From a virus (Duplodnaviria; Caudoviricetes), in IMG/VR virus record IMGVR_UViG_3300024332_000118, positions 1-52,693 of that record: a stretch of 52,693 nt of DNA; one strand, given 5' to 3'. Of the stretch, positions 38,547-48,667 are shown piece after piece. The notes under the pieces are model-generated. The model was not told the DNA's origin. It ran no database searches and saw only the letters and a list, made by a program, of their open reading frames with translations. The translations under genes were made by a program, and so were the position numbers. Each line of letters starts with the position of its first letter. Position 1 is the stretch's first letter.

Positions 38547-39583
38547 TTACATATTTCCGAAGTTCCTCCTATAATACTCATAATATGTGTGAGCAGCAAT
38601 ATCTGTTTGACTATGTTATGGGATATAGATCTCCTTCTAATAAGAAGGCAGACAAAGGAACTATTGTACATAAAGTACTAGAAATATTAGCTTTTGTAAA
38701 ATTTCACCAACAAAAGAAAGATAAAACTTTTGTAGACGATATTGTGGGAGAGGTAGATGTAAATAATTATGATCTAGATGCAATTATAGATTCTGTTTAT
38801 ACATACTATACAACAGCCTTTAGTCATCATAAGTGGACAGCAACAGACGCTAGAGATTGTTCTAAGTGGACATACAAGGCTATCAATTACGAGGACGGAA
38901 TGTTTGATCCTAGAAAAAGAAACATTCTGTATCCTGAACAAAGGTTTGATATTACCATAGATAAGCCTTGGGCACATTTTAAGTATAAGACTAAAGATGG
39001 GCCACTAGAAGGACAATTATCTATTAAAGGTACAATCGACTTGATCACTCAGCCCAACGAGAACACTGCTGAAATTATAGATTGGAAAACAGGACGCAGA
39101 TTAAACTGGGCAACTGGGGAAGAAAAGACCCAAGAGAAACTAGAAGTAGACCCACAACTAATGATATATTACTATGCAGTAAAAAAGCTGTATCCACATA
39201 TAGATAATGTAATTGTGACAATCTATTTTATTAATGATGGTGGGCCATTTAGCGTGGCGTTTGACAAGAGCGATATGCACAAGACAGAACAGCTATTGAA
39301 AGACAAGTTTAAGAAGATACAGCATACTCTAAAACCGAGATTAAGCAAAAGCTGGAAGTGTACAAAATTATGCCATTACGGTAAGACGACTTTCGAGGGA
39401 ACAAATATTGAACCTATCACAGAATATAGAGATGGTATGGTATGCAATGTTGGCGACAAAATGACTAAATGTCAGCAGGTCGCTCACGACATTGGCCTCA
39501 AAGGTTATCAAGAAACAGTTGACGAGTACACTACTCCCGGCTACAATGTAGGACATTACAAGGCTCCGGGAAGTACAGAATGA
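38540..39583 (+). CDS. Cas4/AddB-like PD-(D/E)xK exonuclease (start probably upstream of ATG 38585)
   Basis: GTIVH, GTIDL, IIDWKTG, QL..Y; Cys at the N-terminus plus a C-terminal Cys cluster. Confidence 0.8.
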   Translation: MIITYFRSSSYNTHNMCEQQYLFDYVMGYRSPSNKKADKGTIVHKVLEILAFVKFHQQKKDKTFVDDIVGEVDVNNYDLDAIIDSVYTYYTTAFSHHKWTATDARDCSKWTYKAINYEDGMFDPRKRNILYPEQRFDITIDKPWAHFKYKTKDGPLEGQLSIKGTIDLITQPNENTAEIIDWKTGRRLNWATGEEKTQEKLEVDPQLMIYYYAVKKLYPHIDNVIVTIYFINDGGPFSVAFDKSDMHKTEQLLKDKFKKIQHTLKPRLSKSWKCTKLCHYGKTTFEGTNIEPITEYRDGMVCNVGDKMTKCQQVAHDIGLKGYQETVDEYTTPGYNVGHYKAPGSTE

Positions 39584-41457
39584 AAAAATATATACCTTTG
39601 CATGTGCATACGCACTACAGCTTATTGGACGGATTAAGTAAACCTTCAGATATTGTTAAAAGATGTCAGAACATTGGAGTATCATCCTGTGCTATCACAG
39701 ATCATGGATCAATCTCTGGCACTGTACAATTCTATAGTAAACTTAAACAAAACGGAATCAAACCTATCTTGGGATGCGAGCTTTATGTACCCCAAAAAGA
39801 TTCCAAAGAAAAGAACAGAGAAAATGGTAAGTTAGACCATCTTGTAGTTCTAGCTAAGAATTTAGCAGGATGGAAGACTTTAATTAAGATTGTGTCTGAA
39901 AGCAATAATCCTGAAAGATATTACCATAAGCCCAGAATTGATATAGACACACTGGGAGATTTGCTTGACGGTAATCTAGTAGCTATCACTGGACATTTAG
40001 GGTCTACTTTAGCACGACAGATCATACCGGGAGATAAGATAAATGACGATTGGAAAAAGAAAGGTCAAGATCATATCTCTAAATTAACCAATGCTTTTGG
40101 TACAGGGAACGTGTTTCTAGAAGCACAACTAATAGACAAAGAGATGAATCCATCTCAGGTAGAACTCACTGACTGCATCAGAACTCTAGGTGGTCTTATG
40201 GACACCAAAGTTATATGCACACCAGATGCACACTATGCCAAGCAGTCTGACGCTGTAGACCAGAGAATATTGCTGTGTAATAATATGAAGATTACTTTAT
40301 CTCAGATTAACCATAAACTGCAAAATGGTCAAGACGTTCCGTTAAGCTGTTTTTTTAATAGTGATAAGTATTATATTCCATCACCAGAAGAAATGGCTGA
40401 ATTGCATACTCAAGAAGAAATAGAGAACACAATATATGTAGACAGTATGTGTGAAGAGTACGATATACTTAGTCAGCCTATCTTGCCACCGTTTAACTAT
40501 CCTGATAAATACAACTCTGACTCTGACTTTCTAAGAGATTTGTGTCGGTCAGGATGGAGACACAATAAGTTAAATAGTCTAAGCCAAGAAGATCAAGATA
40601 AATATGTTAAAAGATTAAAGTATGAATTTGATGTGTTGCATGGTGCTGGATTGTCTAGCTACTTTCTTATTGTGCAAGATATAGTTAATCATATTAAAGA
40701 GAACAAATGGCTACCGGGGCCGGGACGAGGCAGTGCTGCTGGCTGTTTGGTTTCATACTTATTAGGAATAACAGCTATAGACCCTATGCAATATGGTCTA
40801 ATCTTTGATAGATTTTATAATGCTGGTAGAAATACAAAAGATAGAGTATCTATGCCTGATATTGATATTGACGTACCTATTGACAAACGAGAACATATCA
40901 TTGAATATATTAAGTCTACTTATGGTAATGATAAGGTTTCTCAGATGTTGACATTTAATACCATGAAAGGTCGTGGTGCATTAAAAGATGTTCTTAGAGC
41001 ATACGGGAATTTGGCATTCGAAGACATGAATAAAATTACTAAAAATATTCCTGATGAAGCTAAGATATCTGATGAGTTGCAGGAAATGAAAAAGGAATAT
41101 GGAGAAGCGTCAATTATTAAGTGGGCTTTAGAAAACAGATCTAACGATCTAAAAGAGTGGTGTCATTTAGACGAAGAAGGTAAGCTGAATGGCCCCTTGG
41201 CAAAACGCTTTGAGCAGGCTATTAGACTAGAAGGGACTAAAACAAATCAGTCCAAACATGCTGCTGGAGTAGTCATAGCACCTGAAGCACTAACCAACAT
41301 TTGTCCTATGGTTTACGATACAAAGAATAAAAATTTGATAGCGGGCATGGAAATGCAAGACTTAGAAAATATTGGGGTAATTAAATTTGATATTCTAGGA
41401 GTTGCTGTCCTAGACAAAATTATGAATATTTCTGATATGTTAAAACAAGGAGTATAA
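39580..41457 (+). CDS. dnaE: DNA polymerase III alpha, N-terminal half (PHP, palm, thumb)
   Basis: HVHTHYSLLDG, TDHG, GCE, DAHY, GPGRGSAAG, MPDIDID, HAAG, KFDILG. Confidence 0.93.
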   Translation: MKKYIPLHVHTHYSLLDGLSKPSDIVKRCQNIGVSSCAITDHGSISGTVQFYSKLKQNGIKPILGCELYVPQKDSKEKNRENGKLDHLVVLAKNLAGWKTLIKIVSESNNPERYYHKPRIDIDTLGDLLDGNLVAITGHLGSTLARQIIPGDKINDDWKKKGQDHISKLTNAFGTGNVFLEAQLIDKEMNPSQVELTDCIRTLGGLMDTKVICTPDAHYAKQSDAVDQRILLCNNMKITLSQINHKLQNGQDVPLSCFFNSDKYYIPSPEEMAELHTQEEIENTIYVDSMCEEYDILSQPILPPFNYPDKYNSDSDFLRDLCRSGWRHNKLNSLSQEDQDKYVKRLKYEFDVLHGAGLSSYFLIVQDIVNHIKENKWLPGPGRGSAAGCLVSYLLGITAIDPMQYGLIFDRFYNAGRNTKDRVSMPDIDIDVPIDKREHIIEYIKSTYGNDKVSQMLTFNTMKGRGALKDVLRAYGNLAFEDMNKITKNIPDEAKISDELQEMKKEYGEASIIKWALENRSNDLKEWCHLDEEGKLNGPLAKRFEQAIRLEGTKTNQSKHAAGVVIAPEALTNICPMVYDTKNKNLIAGMEMQDLENIGVIKFDILGVAVLDKIMNISDMLKQGV

Positions 41458-41459
41458 GA

Positions 41460-41642
41460 ATGAAATTTAAAGACCTAAGAGTAACAGAAAAGTTTTATAA
41501 ACAAGGCTCTAATACAGAATATGAAAAAGTTCCTGAAAGACGAGTTTCTTGCTGCAAAGTTAAATGCAATGCAAAGACTCTTCCTGAAGGAAAAGAAATT
41601 GTATTCAAACCACTCGATGAGGTAACGAAAATTGAAAACTAA
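41460..41642 (+). CDS. Small hypothetical protein between the DnaE halves
   Basis: 60 aa, AGGAG RBS, SCCKVKC motif. Confidence 0.6.
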   Translation: MKFKDLRVTEKFYKQGSNTEYEKVPERRVSCCKVKCNAKTLPEGKEIVFKPLDEVTKIEN

Positions 41643-42315
41643 TAAGATATGCGTATTTGACTTTGAGACTGATGGTAAAGACCCATACAAGTGCAGCCCT
41701 GTACAACTGGCATGTGTCATGATTGATCCTGAAAAATTGGACATTATTGACAACTCTGAGTTTAACATAAACCTTAAACCGGAAGCACTAGAAAAAGACC
41801 CTGATCATCAGTACGAAGTTGATCTGCTAGAATTTCACGCCAAGGCTCAGAAATGTACCTCTACTGAAGTTTTAGAAAACTGGAAACAATATCCTAACCA
41901 AAAACAATCTTGGCAACAGTTTGTTAACTATCTAGATAAATATCATACCAGAAGCACTCGCAAGAGTTTATTCTCTGCACCTATTGCGGCAGGATATAAC
42001 ATCTTGAGATTTGATATGCCTATCATAGATAGAATGGCACTAAAATATAAGAATGTTGGTAAAGATAAAAGCAATAACATCTTTCATCCTAGAGATAAGA
42101 TCGACCTGATGCACTTGATGTTTTTGTGGTTTGAGAATAATACGGACATTAAGAGTCTGTCTTTAGACAATATGAGAGATTATTTCGGTATGTCTAGAGA
42201 CAATGCTCACGATGCTTTAGGAGATGTTAGAGATTGTGCAGAAATCCTGACTAGGTTTTTGCGATTACATAGGAATCAGGCTAAGAAAATTAAATTTAGG
42301 AACGCTTTTGCATGA
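41632..42315 (+). CDS. DEDDh 3'-5' exonuclease (DnaQ/epsilon-like)
   Basis: DFE, GYN..FD, HDALGD; TTG start with GAGG RBS. Confidence 0.9.
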   Translation: MKTNKICVFDFETDGKDPYKCSPVQLACVMIDPEKLDIIDNSEFNINLKPEALEKDPDHQYEVDLLEFHAKAQKCTSTEVLENWKQYPNQKQSWQQFVNYLDKYHTRSTRKSLFSAPIAAGYNILRFDMPIIDRMALKYKNVGKDKSNNIFHPRDKIDLMHLMFLWFENNTDIKSLSLDNMRDYFGMSRDNAHDALGDVRDCAEILTRFLRLHRNQAKKIKFRNAFA

Positions 42316-43916
42316 CAAAATATTTTGAGTATAGTAAGTGTGGATGTAAATTCCCACTGGACGACAACGGTAATATTATATTTGATCCAGACATAACCAA
42401 GATTAATCTGAACTGTAAAGCCACATGGGATTTAATATCTAGTGGAAATACTAAAGGTTGTTTTCAGTTAGAGTCTAGGCTTGGTAGAAGTATGGCTAAG
42501 AAACTAAAGCCAAACTCTATTGAACAATTAGCTGCCCTAATCAGTATTATGAGGCCGGGATGTCTAGAAGCGGTGAGAGATGGTAAAACAGTTAGTACTC
42601 ATTTTATAGATAAAAAAAATGGTCTTGAATCTGTTGATTATTTTCATCCTGCTCTAGAACCTATCTTATCTAATACTTTTGGAGAAATGGTATACCAAGA
42701 ACAAGCTATGCAAATAGCTAAAGACTTAGCAGGTTTTGATTTGCAAGAAGCAGATATGCTGAGAAAAGCTATTGGTAAGAAAAAAGCAGATGAGATGGCA
42801 AAGCTAAAAGACAAATTCATCAAAGGATGTAAAAAACTAGGTATCATCTCTTCTGAACAAGCAGACCAAATTTTCTCTTGGATTGAGAAAAGCCAAAGAT
42901 ATAGTTTTAATAAAAGTCATGCTGTAAGCTATGCTATGAATGCTTACCTTTCTGCTTACGGCAAGGCTCACTTTACTAGAACTTTCTTCGCCTCTTATTT
43001 AAAGTTTGCTAAAGATAAGATAGATGCTCAACAAGAAATTAAAGAACTAATTCAAAACGCATCTCAAATGAACATCCATGTCTCTACTCCTGATATTAGA
43101 AAACTTAATAGATATTTTGTTTTAAGAGATAAGATTATTTACTTTGGTTTAACAGATATCAAGGGTGTGGGTCAGTCTGTATACAACAAACTAGAAACCC
43201 TTACAAATGAAAGCAAGCTAGAGACAATAGGCTGGGTAGACATGATATTTAATATCCTGCTTAATATTAACAGCAAGGCCGTTAAAGGAATGATATCGTC
43301 TGGGGCTATGGATCATTTTAAGATAACCAGAAACAGAATGTTGTTTGAATATAGCATAGCGGCTGACCTAACTAAAAGAGAAGCAGAACTATGCAGAAAA
43401 TATATAAAAGATAATAGTAAGCTGAAGAAAGTATTGAATGATTTATTAACGGATAAGATAAATATAAGAAGAAAAAACGCAGTAGAAAACCATATAAGAT
43501 CTATTGATAAGCCTCCATTCGATTTAGAAGATTCTATAGAGTGGATATCAGATCAAGAATATGAATTGCTAGGTTATTCTATATCATGTTCTAGAATAGA
43601 TATGTATGATGTCTCAAATACCAACTGCACTTGTGGGGAATTTTTAAAGAGTCATCAAAAAGAAGTTGTTATAGCAGGAGAAATAGAAGGTATAAATGTA
43701 GTAAAAACAAAGTCTGGGAAAAATAAAGGGGCAGAGATGGCTTTTTTGAGCATTTCTGACAATACAGGACTTTTAGATTCTGTAATAATATTCCCAGAAT
43801 CATACCGTACTTATCAGAATGTGCTTTTTGATAATAATATTGTTATAGTTAAGGGAACTAGGTCTAAGGAAAAAGATAGTCTGATAGCAGATAAAATTTT
43901 TATTCCGCAGGCTTGA
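42312..43916 (+). CDS. dnaE: DNA polymerase III alpha, C-terminal half (fingers, HhH, OB)
   Basis: GCFQLES, RPG, YQEQ, LRKAIGKK, YSFNKSHA, IKGVG, OB-fold MAF...D.TG. Confidence 0.93.
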   Translation: MTKYFEYSKCGCKFPLDDNGNIIFDPDITKINLNCKATWDLISSGNTKGCFQLESRLGRSMAKKLKPNSIEQLAALISIMRPGCLEAVRDGKTVSTHFIDKKNGLESVDYFHPALEPILSNTFGEMVYQEQAMQIAKDLAGFDLQEADMLRKAIGKKKADEMAKLKDKFIKGCKKLGIISSEQADQIFSWIEKSQRYSFNKSHAVSYAMNAYLSAYGKAHFTRTFFASYLKFAKDKIDAQQEIKELIQNASQMNIHVSTPDIRKLNRYFVLRDKIIYFGLTDIKGVGQSVYNKLETLTNESKLETIGWVDMIFNILLNINSKAVKGMISSGAMDHFKITRNRMLFEYSIAADLTKREAELCRKYIKDNSKLKKVLNDLLTDKINIRRKNAVENHIRSIDKPPFDLEDSIEWISDQEYELLGYSISCSRIDMYDVSNTNCTCGEFLKSHQKEVVIAGEIEGINVVKTKSGKNKGAEMAFLSISDNTGLLDSVIIFPESYRTYQNVLFDNNIVIVKGTRSKEKDSLIADKIFIPQA

Positions 43917-43940
43917 CACCGTGTCTCACCTATCTATAAT
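43913..43940 (+). promoter_or_regulatory. Sigma70-type promoter for ssb
   Basis: TTGACA (43913-43918), 16 nt spacer, TATAAT (43935-43940). Confidence 0.75.
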
Positions 43941-43979
43941 AAGGGACGTTAGTTAATTTTTTGAACAAGGAGTTTGATT

Positions 43980-44357
43980 ATGAATCAAGTAATTTTACGA
44001 GGGAATTTAACAAGAGATCCAGAACTTAGAACTATTGACAATGGTAGTAGATCTATTTCTGTGATCAATTTTACAGTCGCAGTTTCTAGAGAGTATACCA
44101 AGGCAAATGGGGTTAAGGACAAGATCGTGTCCTATATTCCTTGTGAGGCATGGGACTCTGGTGCTGAACTGATTGCTGAGTCGTTTAGGAAAGGCGATTT
44201 GGTTTTTGTTGAAGGATCAATGCGTAACGACAAGTGGGAAAAAGATGGCGTTAAGCATAACAGCATGAAGGTTAGAGTAAACAATTTCTCTAAACTAACA
44301 AAGCTAAAGAAGAATACCGATACTGCTAAGAACACTGAAGAAGCAGTTGCATTCTAA
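43980..44357 (+). CDS. ssb: Single-stranded DNA-binding protein
   Basis: MNQVIL.GNLTRDPELR, KGD.V.VEG, acidic C-terminus ending in F. Confidence 0.93.
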   Translation: MNQVILRGNLTRDPELRTIDNGSRSISVINFTVAVSREYTKANGVKDKIVSYIPCEAWDSGAELIAESFRKGDLVFVEGSMRNDKWEKDGVKHNSMKVRVNNFSKLTKLKKNTDTAKNTEEAVAF

Positions 44358-44397
44358 ATATTATTACTCTAGTTTAAAATAGGAGATCTCTAGTTAT

Positions 44398-46008
44398 ATG
44401 AGAAAAAAAAGAATATTAATGGTTGGTGAGTATAACATTGCCAAATCAGGGTTCGGATTATATACTAGAGAAATCCTATCTAGGTTACATAAAACGGGTA
44501 AGTACCATATAGCAGAACTAAGTTGTTTTAATGATGGTTCTTCTCTTCCAGTAGTACCTTGGAAAGTATATCCTAATGCTGCTGATCCCAATGATAAGAA
44601 TATGATAAAGGGATACAATGCTGATAGTTCTAATGTGTTTGGAAAATGGAGATTTGATCAAGTACTATTAGACTTCAAGCCTGATATTGTATTTGACATC
44701 AGAGATTTTTGGATGATAGAATTTGAAGGAATATCTTTATTGAGACCATATTTTCACTGGCTCATAGCACCTACCGTAGATTCTTTGCCGCAACAGCTAA
44801 ACTGGCTACAAACATTTTCTACAGCAGATACAGTTTGTGCTCATACAGATTGGGCTGTAGACCACATGAGAGATGATGTAGGTCACAATATTCCTGCTGC
44901 AACAAGCGTGTCTGATTCTGTAGATACAGACGTATTTAGACCTATTGAGTATTCTAATAATGTTAATAGAGCACAGCATTTTGTGCCTGATGATGCTTGG
45001 ATAGTTGGGTCTGTGATGAGAAATCAAAAGAGAAAACTCATTCCTAACCTTATGGGAATTGTCAGAGATTTAAGAGCAGTGACTAATAGTACCAGACCTC
45101 ATCTGCTTTTGCACACTAGCTATCCAGAAAAACAAGGATGGGATATACCATCTTTGTTGCTAGAATATAATGCTTATAACTATACTTTGTTTACATATTA
45201 TTGTCAAGTATGCCACAAGCCCCATGTAGGATATTTTAAGGGTGAAAAAACTAATTGTCCTTTCTGTGGTGACAAAAGTGCTGTATTCCCAAACGTGGTA
45301 AAGGGTTTAACAGATGCACAACTTAATAAAATATATAACTTAATGAATGTCTATGTCCAATATGCTATATGCGAAGGACTAGGTATTCCTCAATTAGAAG
45401 CTGCTTCTGCTGGTATTCCTCTTATCTCTGTAGACTATAGTGCTATGAGCGAAGTGAGCACTTATCTAAATGCAGACAAGGTGTCGTATGCTTTGTTTAA
45501 AGAAATGGAAACGGGAGCATTTAGAGCCATACCTAATGACAAAGAATGTGTCGGCATACTATATAGACGGTTTATGCAAGGCGACTACGAAGCTAAAAAA
45601 GCTAAAGAAACTATCAGAAAGAATATTATAGCAAGTTATAGCTGGGATAAAACAGCTAAGAAGTATGAAGAACTATTTGATAATATTAAACCTAAAAATA
45701 TGTGGGATCAACCATTGAGTTGCAATCCCCAATATCCTGTACAACAAAATCAAAGCAATAGGGAATTGGTTGAGAATATTATTAAGTATGTCATTCAAAG
45801 CCCTTTTCTTTTAAGAACTACATATATTCAAAATATGATTAGATTCTTAGATGAAGGATATACATGGAATGGTGGAAATATTGTTCCCTATACTATAGAA
45901 ATGGCAAAGAAAAATTTAGAAGGACTGTTAAATCATAAGGTTCTATTAGAAAATCTAAGGTCAGGAGCAGCTAAGGATAACTCCCCGTTTTTAAAACATG
46001 GACAGTAA
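44398..46008 (+). CDS. GT4-like glycosyltransferase with zinc-ribbon insertion
   Basis: SGFG, RNQKRK, EGLGIPQLEA; CQVC ... CPFC insert. Confidence 0.82.
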   Translation: MRKKRILMVGEYNIAKSGFGLYTREILSRLHKTGKYHIAELSCFNDGSSLPVVPWKVYPNAADPNDKNMIKGYNADSSNVFGKWRFDQVLLDFKPDIVFDIRDFWMIEFEGISLLRPYFHWLIAPTVDSLPQQLNWLQTFSTADTVCAHTDWAVDHMRDDVGHNIPAATSVSDSVDTDVFRPIEYSNNVNRAQHFVPDDAWIVGSVMRNQKRKLIPNLMGIVRDLRAVTNSTRPHLLLHTSYPEKQGWDIPSLLLEYNAYNYTLFTYYCQVCHKPHVGYFKGEKTNCPFCGDKSAVFPNVVKGLTDAQLNKIYNLMNVYVQYAICEGLGIPQLEAASAGIPLISVDYSAMSEVSTYLNADKVSYALFKEMETGAFRAIPNDKECVGILYRRFMQGDYEAKKAKETIRKNIIASYSWDKTAKKYEELFDNIKPKNMWDQPLSCNPQYPVQQNQSNRELVENIIKYVIQSPFLLRTTYIQNMIRFLDEGYTWNGGNIVPYTIEMAKKNLEGLLNHKVLLENLRSGAAKDNSPFLKHGQ

Positions 46009-47083
46009 TAATATACTCTATATAGCTCCTTATAATGAGGTGTCAAATCGTGGCAAACTTTCTTTGTCTTACATAAGAGGTCTGCATCAATCTGGACATA
46101 ATCTAAAAATAGTACCAGTATATTATCCTAGTGAAAAATTTATAGATACCCCTGAAGATATCTTAGAATTAGAATCTAACGATTTAGATAAATACAATAT
46201 TTGTTTTCAACATTGCGATCCTTTGCAGTTTTGTTTCAATAGGAATTTCGATAAAAACATTGGGATATACACCCCAACCAATATCACTAACCAAGATATC
46301 ATAAACACCAGACTTAACTTATTAGACCATATCATAGTTTCTTCTGATAAGATATACGATGGACTAAAACATATCTTAGCCCCTCACATATTTAGCAAAA
46401 CTAGATGTTGCCCGTATATTTTTGATGTAAAAAACACCATGCAACAAGAGACAACAAATCTAGAATGGGTAGAAGAGGATAGGTATTACTTTTACTGCGA
46501 ACTAGAATTTAATGAAGAATATGATTGGGAAAAATTATTATATGTTTATCTAAGCTCTTTCACGCACAAAAAAGCAGGATTAGTATTAAGAACATCAGAC
46601 ATACGCAACGAGACTGAGGCTAGTGAAATCACCGTAAGAATCAATCAAATTGCTACATCAGCCGGTATTGATATTGACGAGGCATCCATGCCTAAAGTTT
46701 TAAATGGCTATACAGACGATACAATGTCCCTAAGTTTTATAAAAGCAACAGACTGCATGATAGAATGCGGAAGAACACACGATTATAATATTAATATTTT
46801 TAAAGCAGCAGCATTGAACAAAGACTTGATATGCAATAACAAATTAGCAGCATCAGAATTTTTTGACAATAATAGTGTCGAAGGTATTTCATGTAATATA
46901 AACTACAGTAATCATCAAGACAGATTTTCTTCTGACTTCTACAATAAACACTATACTATGGAGCCCATAAGTTTGAGACAACAAATGTTAAAGAGCTACT
47001 ACGAAAGATTTAGAACAAAGACAGATATATCTAGCACACTAGAAAAATACGACATTAGGAATTTAGATAGGATCTTATTTTAA
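45998..47083 (+). CDS. Degenerate GT-B glycosyltransferase-like protein
   Basis: ILYIAPY N-terminus and overall layout resemble the GT4 at 10389, but the E-x7-E motif is missing. Confidence 0.5.
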   Translation: MDSNNILYIAPYNEVSNRGKLSLSYIRGLHQSGHNLKIVPVYYPSEKFIDTPEDILELESNDLDKYNICFQHCDPLQFCFNRNFDKNIGIYTPTNITNQDIINTRLNLLDHIIVSSDKIYDGLKHILAPHIFSKTRCCPYIFDVKNTMQQETTNLEWVEEDRYYFYCELEFNEEYDWEKLLYVYLSSFTHKKAGLVLRTSDIRNETEASEITVRINQIATSAGIDIDEASMPKVLNGYTDDTMSLSFIKATDCMIECGRTHDYNINIFKAAALNKDLICNNKLAASEFFDNNSVEGISCNINYSNHQDRFSSDFYNKHYTMEPISLRQQMLKSYYERFRTKTDISSTLEKYDIRNLDRILF

Positions 47084-47568
47084 TGTTTATCCAGAACATA
47101 GCTAAGAAAAACACACAAACAGAAAACAAAATACTGTATTCACATACAGACAATAAGATATTTGTAAAGATGCTCAGAAAGATATTTAATGCAGAAAGAG
47201 TGGGTATAATTGATGAGTCTGCATTTGCTAACAAAGGAATAGACCTAATTATCTGCAACAATAGATTAGAACTATTAGAGACTTGTATATCTTTAGCTGG
47301 ATACTTGCATTGTCCTTTAATGATTGTGGATCATAAACTTAGACCTGAGCATGTACATATTAGTATGATTACGAAACCTGCTATTACTCATTTCAAAGTA
47401 GCCCTCAATAAGCAGATAGCAGAATCGTGGATGGAATGTGATGCTGTATTAGGAACAGACATTAGCAATCCTAAACATATAGAATCTTGGAAAAATACTA
47501 TAGAAGATGTCATTAAGCAAACTTATAAAGTGAGTAATTATGAAGAAAAATATAGCGATATTAATTGA
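47083..47568 (+). CDS. Hypothetical protein (possible GT-B fragment)
   Basis: Coupled ORF; DLIIC Rossmann-like strand. Confidence 0.5.
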   Translation: MFIQNIAKKNTQTENKILYSHTDNKIFVKMLRKIFNAERVGIIDESAFANKGIDLIICNNRLELLETCISLAGYLHCPLMIVDHKLRPEHVHISMITKPAITHFKVALNKQIAESWMECDAVLGTDISNPKHIESWKNTIEDVIKQTYKVSNYEEKYSDIN

Positions 47569-47962
47569 TGAAGAAATAGAACATCCAGAAGATTATCAGT
47601 TTTGTAGTCTGGAAGATATGGCTGATCTGAAAAATGATTACGAGAATATTTATATAGGAGATCTAATAGACTATATTCCTCCATCTGAAATAGAAGGAAC
47701 AATCACAGAGGTTGTGTCAAAATTGTCAGACACAGGACAGCTACACATTAAAGGGCCAGATATCTTACAACTAGCTTGGTTTTGTGGCAGGCTTAATATA
47801 GATCTAAGAAAGTTTAGATATGTTCTTTATGGAACAGGTCGTAGGGGTTGCTACAGCATGGATGAGATCATGGAAATGGCTGCATCAGGCACAGGTCTTG
47901 TTGTAGAATCAACTTCGTATATTAATGGATACGAATACTCTTTAACCCTCAAGAGAATCTGA
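47540..47962 (+). CDS. Degenerate methyltransferase-like protein
   Basis: DLIDYIP ... SKL...GQLHIKGPDI resembles the C-terminal half of class I methyltransferases; no GxG motif. Confidence 0.45.
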   Translation: MKKNIAILIDEEIEHPEDYQFCSLEDMADLKNDYENIYIGDLIDYIPPSEIEGTITEVVSKLSDTGQLHIKGPDILQLAWFCGRLNIDLRKFRYVLYGTGRRGCYSMDEIMEMAASGTGLVVESTSYINGYEYSLTLKRI

Positions 47963-48667
47963 ATGAATGAACCAATTAGCTTTATAATTACATCACCATA
48001 TTATGATAATGGTATAAAATCATTAGGATCAAAGTGCATATATTCTTTAAAGAAGAATACTATTCTAGAAAAACAATATAAGGCTATAGCTAAATACTGC
48101 AAAGGCAGAGAACATGAAATTATATTTGTAAACAATATAGATCATACAAGAACTAAAAAGTTTTTAGAAAAGAAGAACTTAAATATAAGATATGTTTATT
48201 TGAATAAAAATAACGTGAATCATGGAGGCTGTTTTTTAAAGGGTTTAGAACTTGCCAAGTACGACACAGTATTTAATATAGAGTGTGGGTTGATTATCTC
48301 TTATCATGCACTAGAAGACACAATAAAAAACAATAAAGATTGTGATATTAATATTTGCTGCATTGGTAATAAGCATAAACAGAACACAGATTTGGAAGTT
48401 GGTTGTGTTATACAAAACTCTGTTATAGACAACATATTTTTTGGTTTAGACCATAAGTGTATCGGTATCAACTGCATACATAAAGAAGCTAAAGAATATA
48501 TTTTAGAAAACTTTAAAATAGATCAGGATAAAAACAAATACATATTTGAGATTCTTAATACCTGTATTTCTAAGCATTTCGTATGCAAAAAAACAGATTT
48601 AAAAAGCAAAGATGTTCATCTTATTTTCAACAAGAAGTCCCTACAACAATACATAGGTGTAATATGA
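47963..48667 (+). CDS. Degenerate sugar/choline nucleotidyltransferase-like protein
   Basis: FIITSP...IKSLGSK...TILEKQ echoes IILAAG.G.R...PK...ILE.Q. Confidence 0.5.
   Translation: MNEPISFIITSPYYDNGIKSLGSKCIYSLKKNTILEKQYKAIAKYCKGREHEIIFVNNIDHTRTKKFLEKKNLNIRYVYLNKNNVNHGGCFLKGLELAKYDTVFNIECGLIISYHALEDTIKNNKDCDINICCIGNKHKQNTDLEVGCVIQNSVIDNIFFGLDHKCIGINCIHKEAKEYILENFKIDQDKNKYIFEILNTCISKHFVCKKTDLKSKDVHLIFNKKSLQQYIGVI

Noticed and set aside
38540-39583. CRISPR-Cas system implied by the Cas4-like gene
   Set aside because: No array or other cas genes; solo Cas4-like nucleases are common in phage replication blocks.
41400-42400. Split intein or self-splicing intron at the DnaE break
   Set aside because: No intein terminal motifs; the interval is fully occupied by two ordinary coupled ORFs with RBSs.
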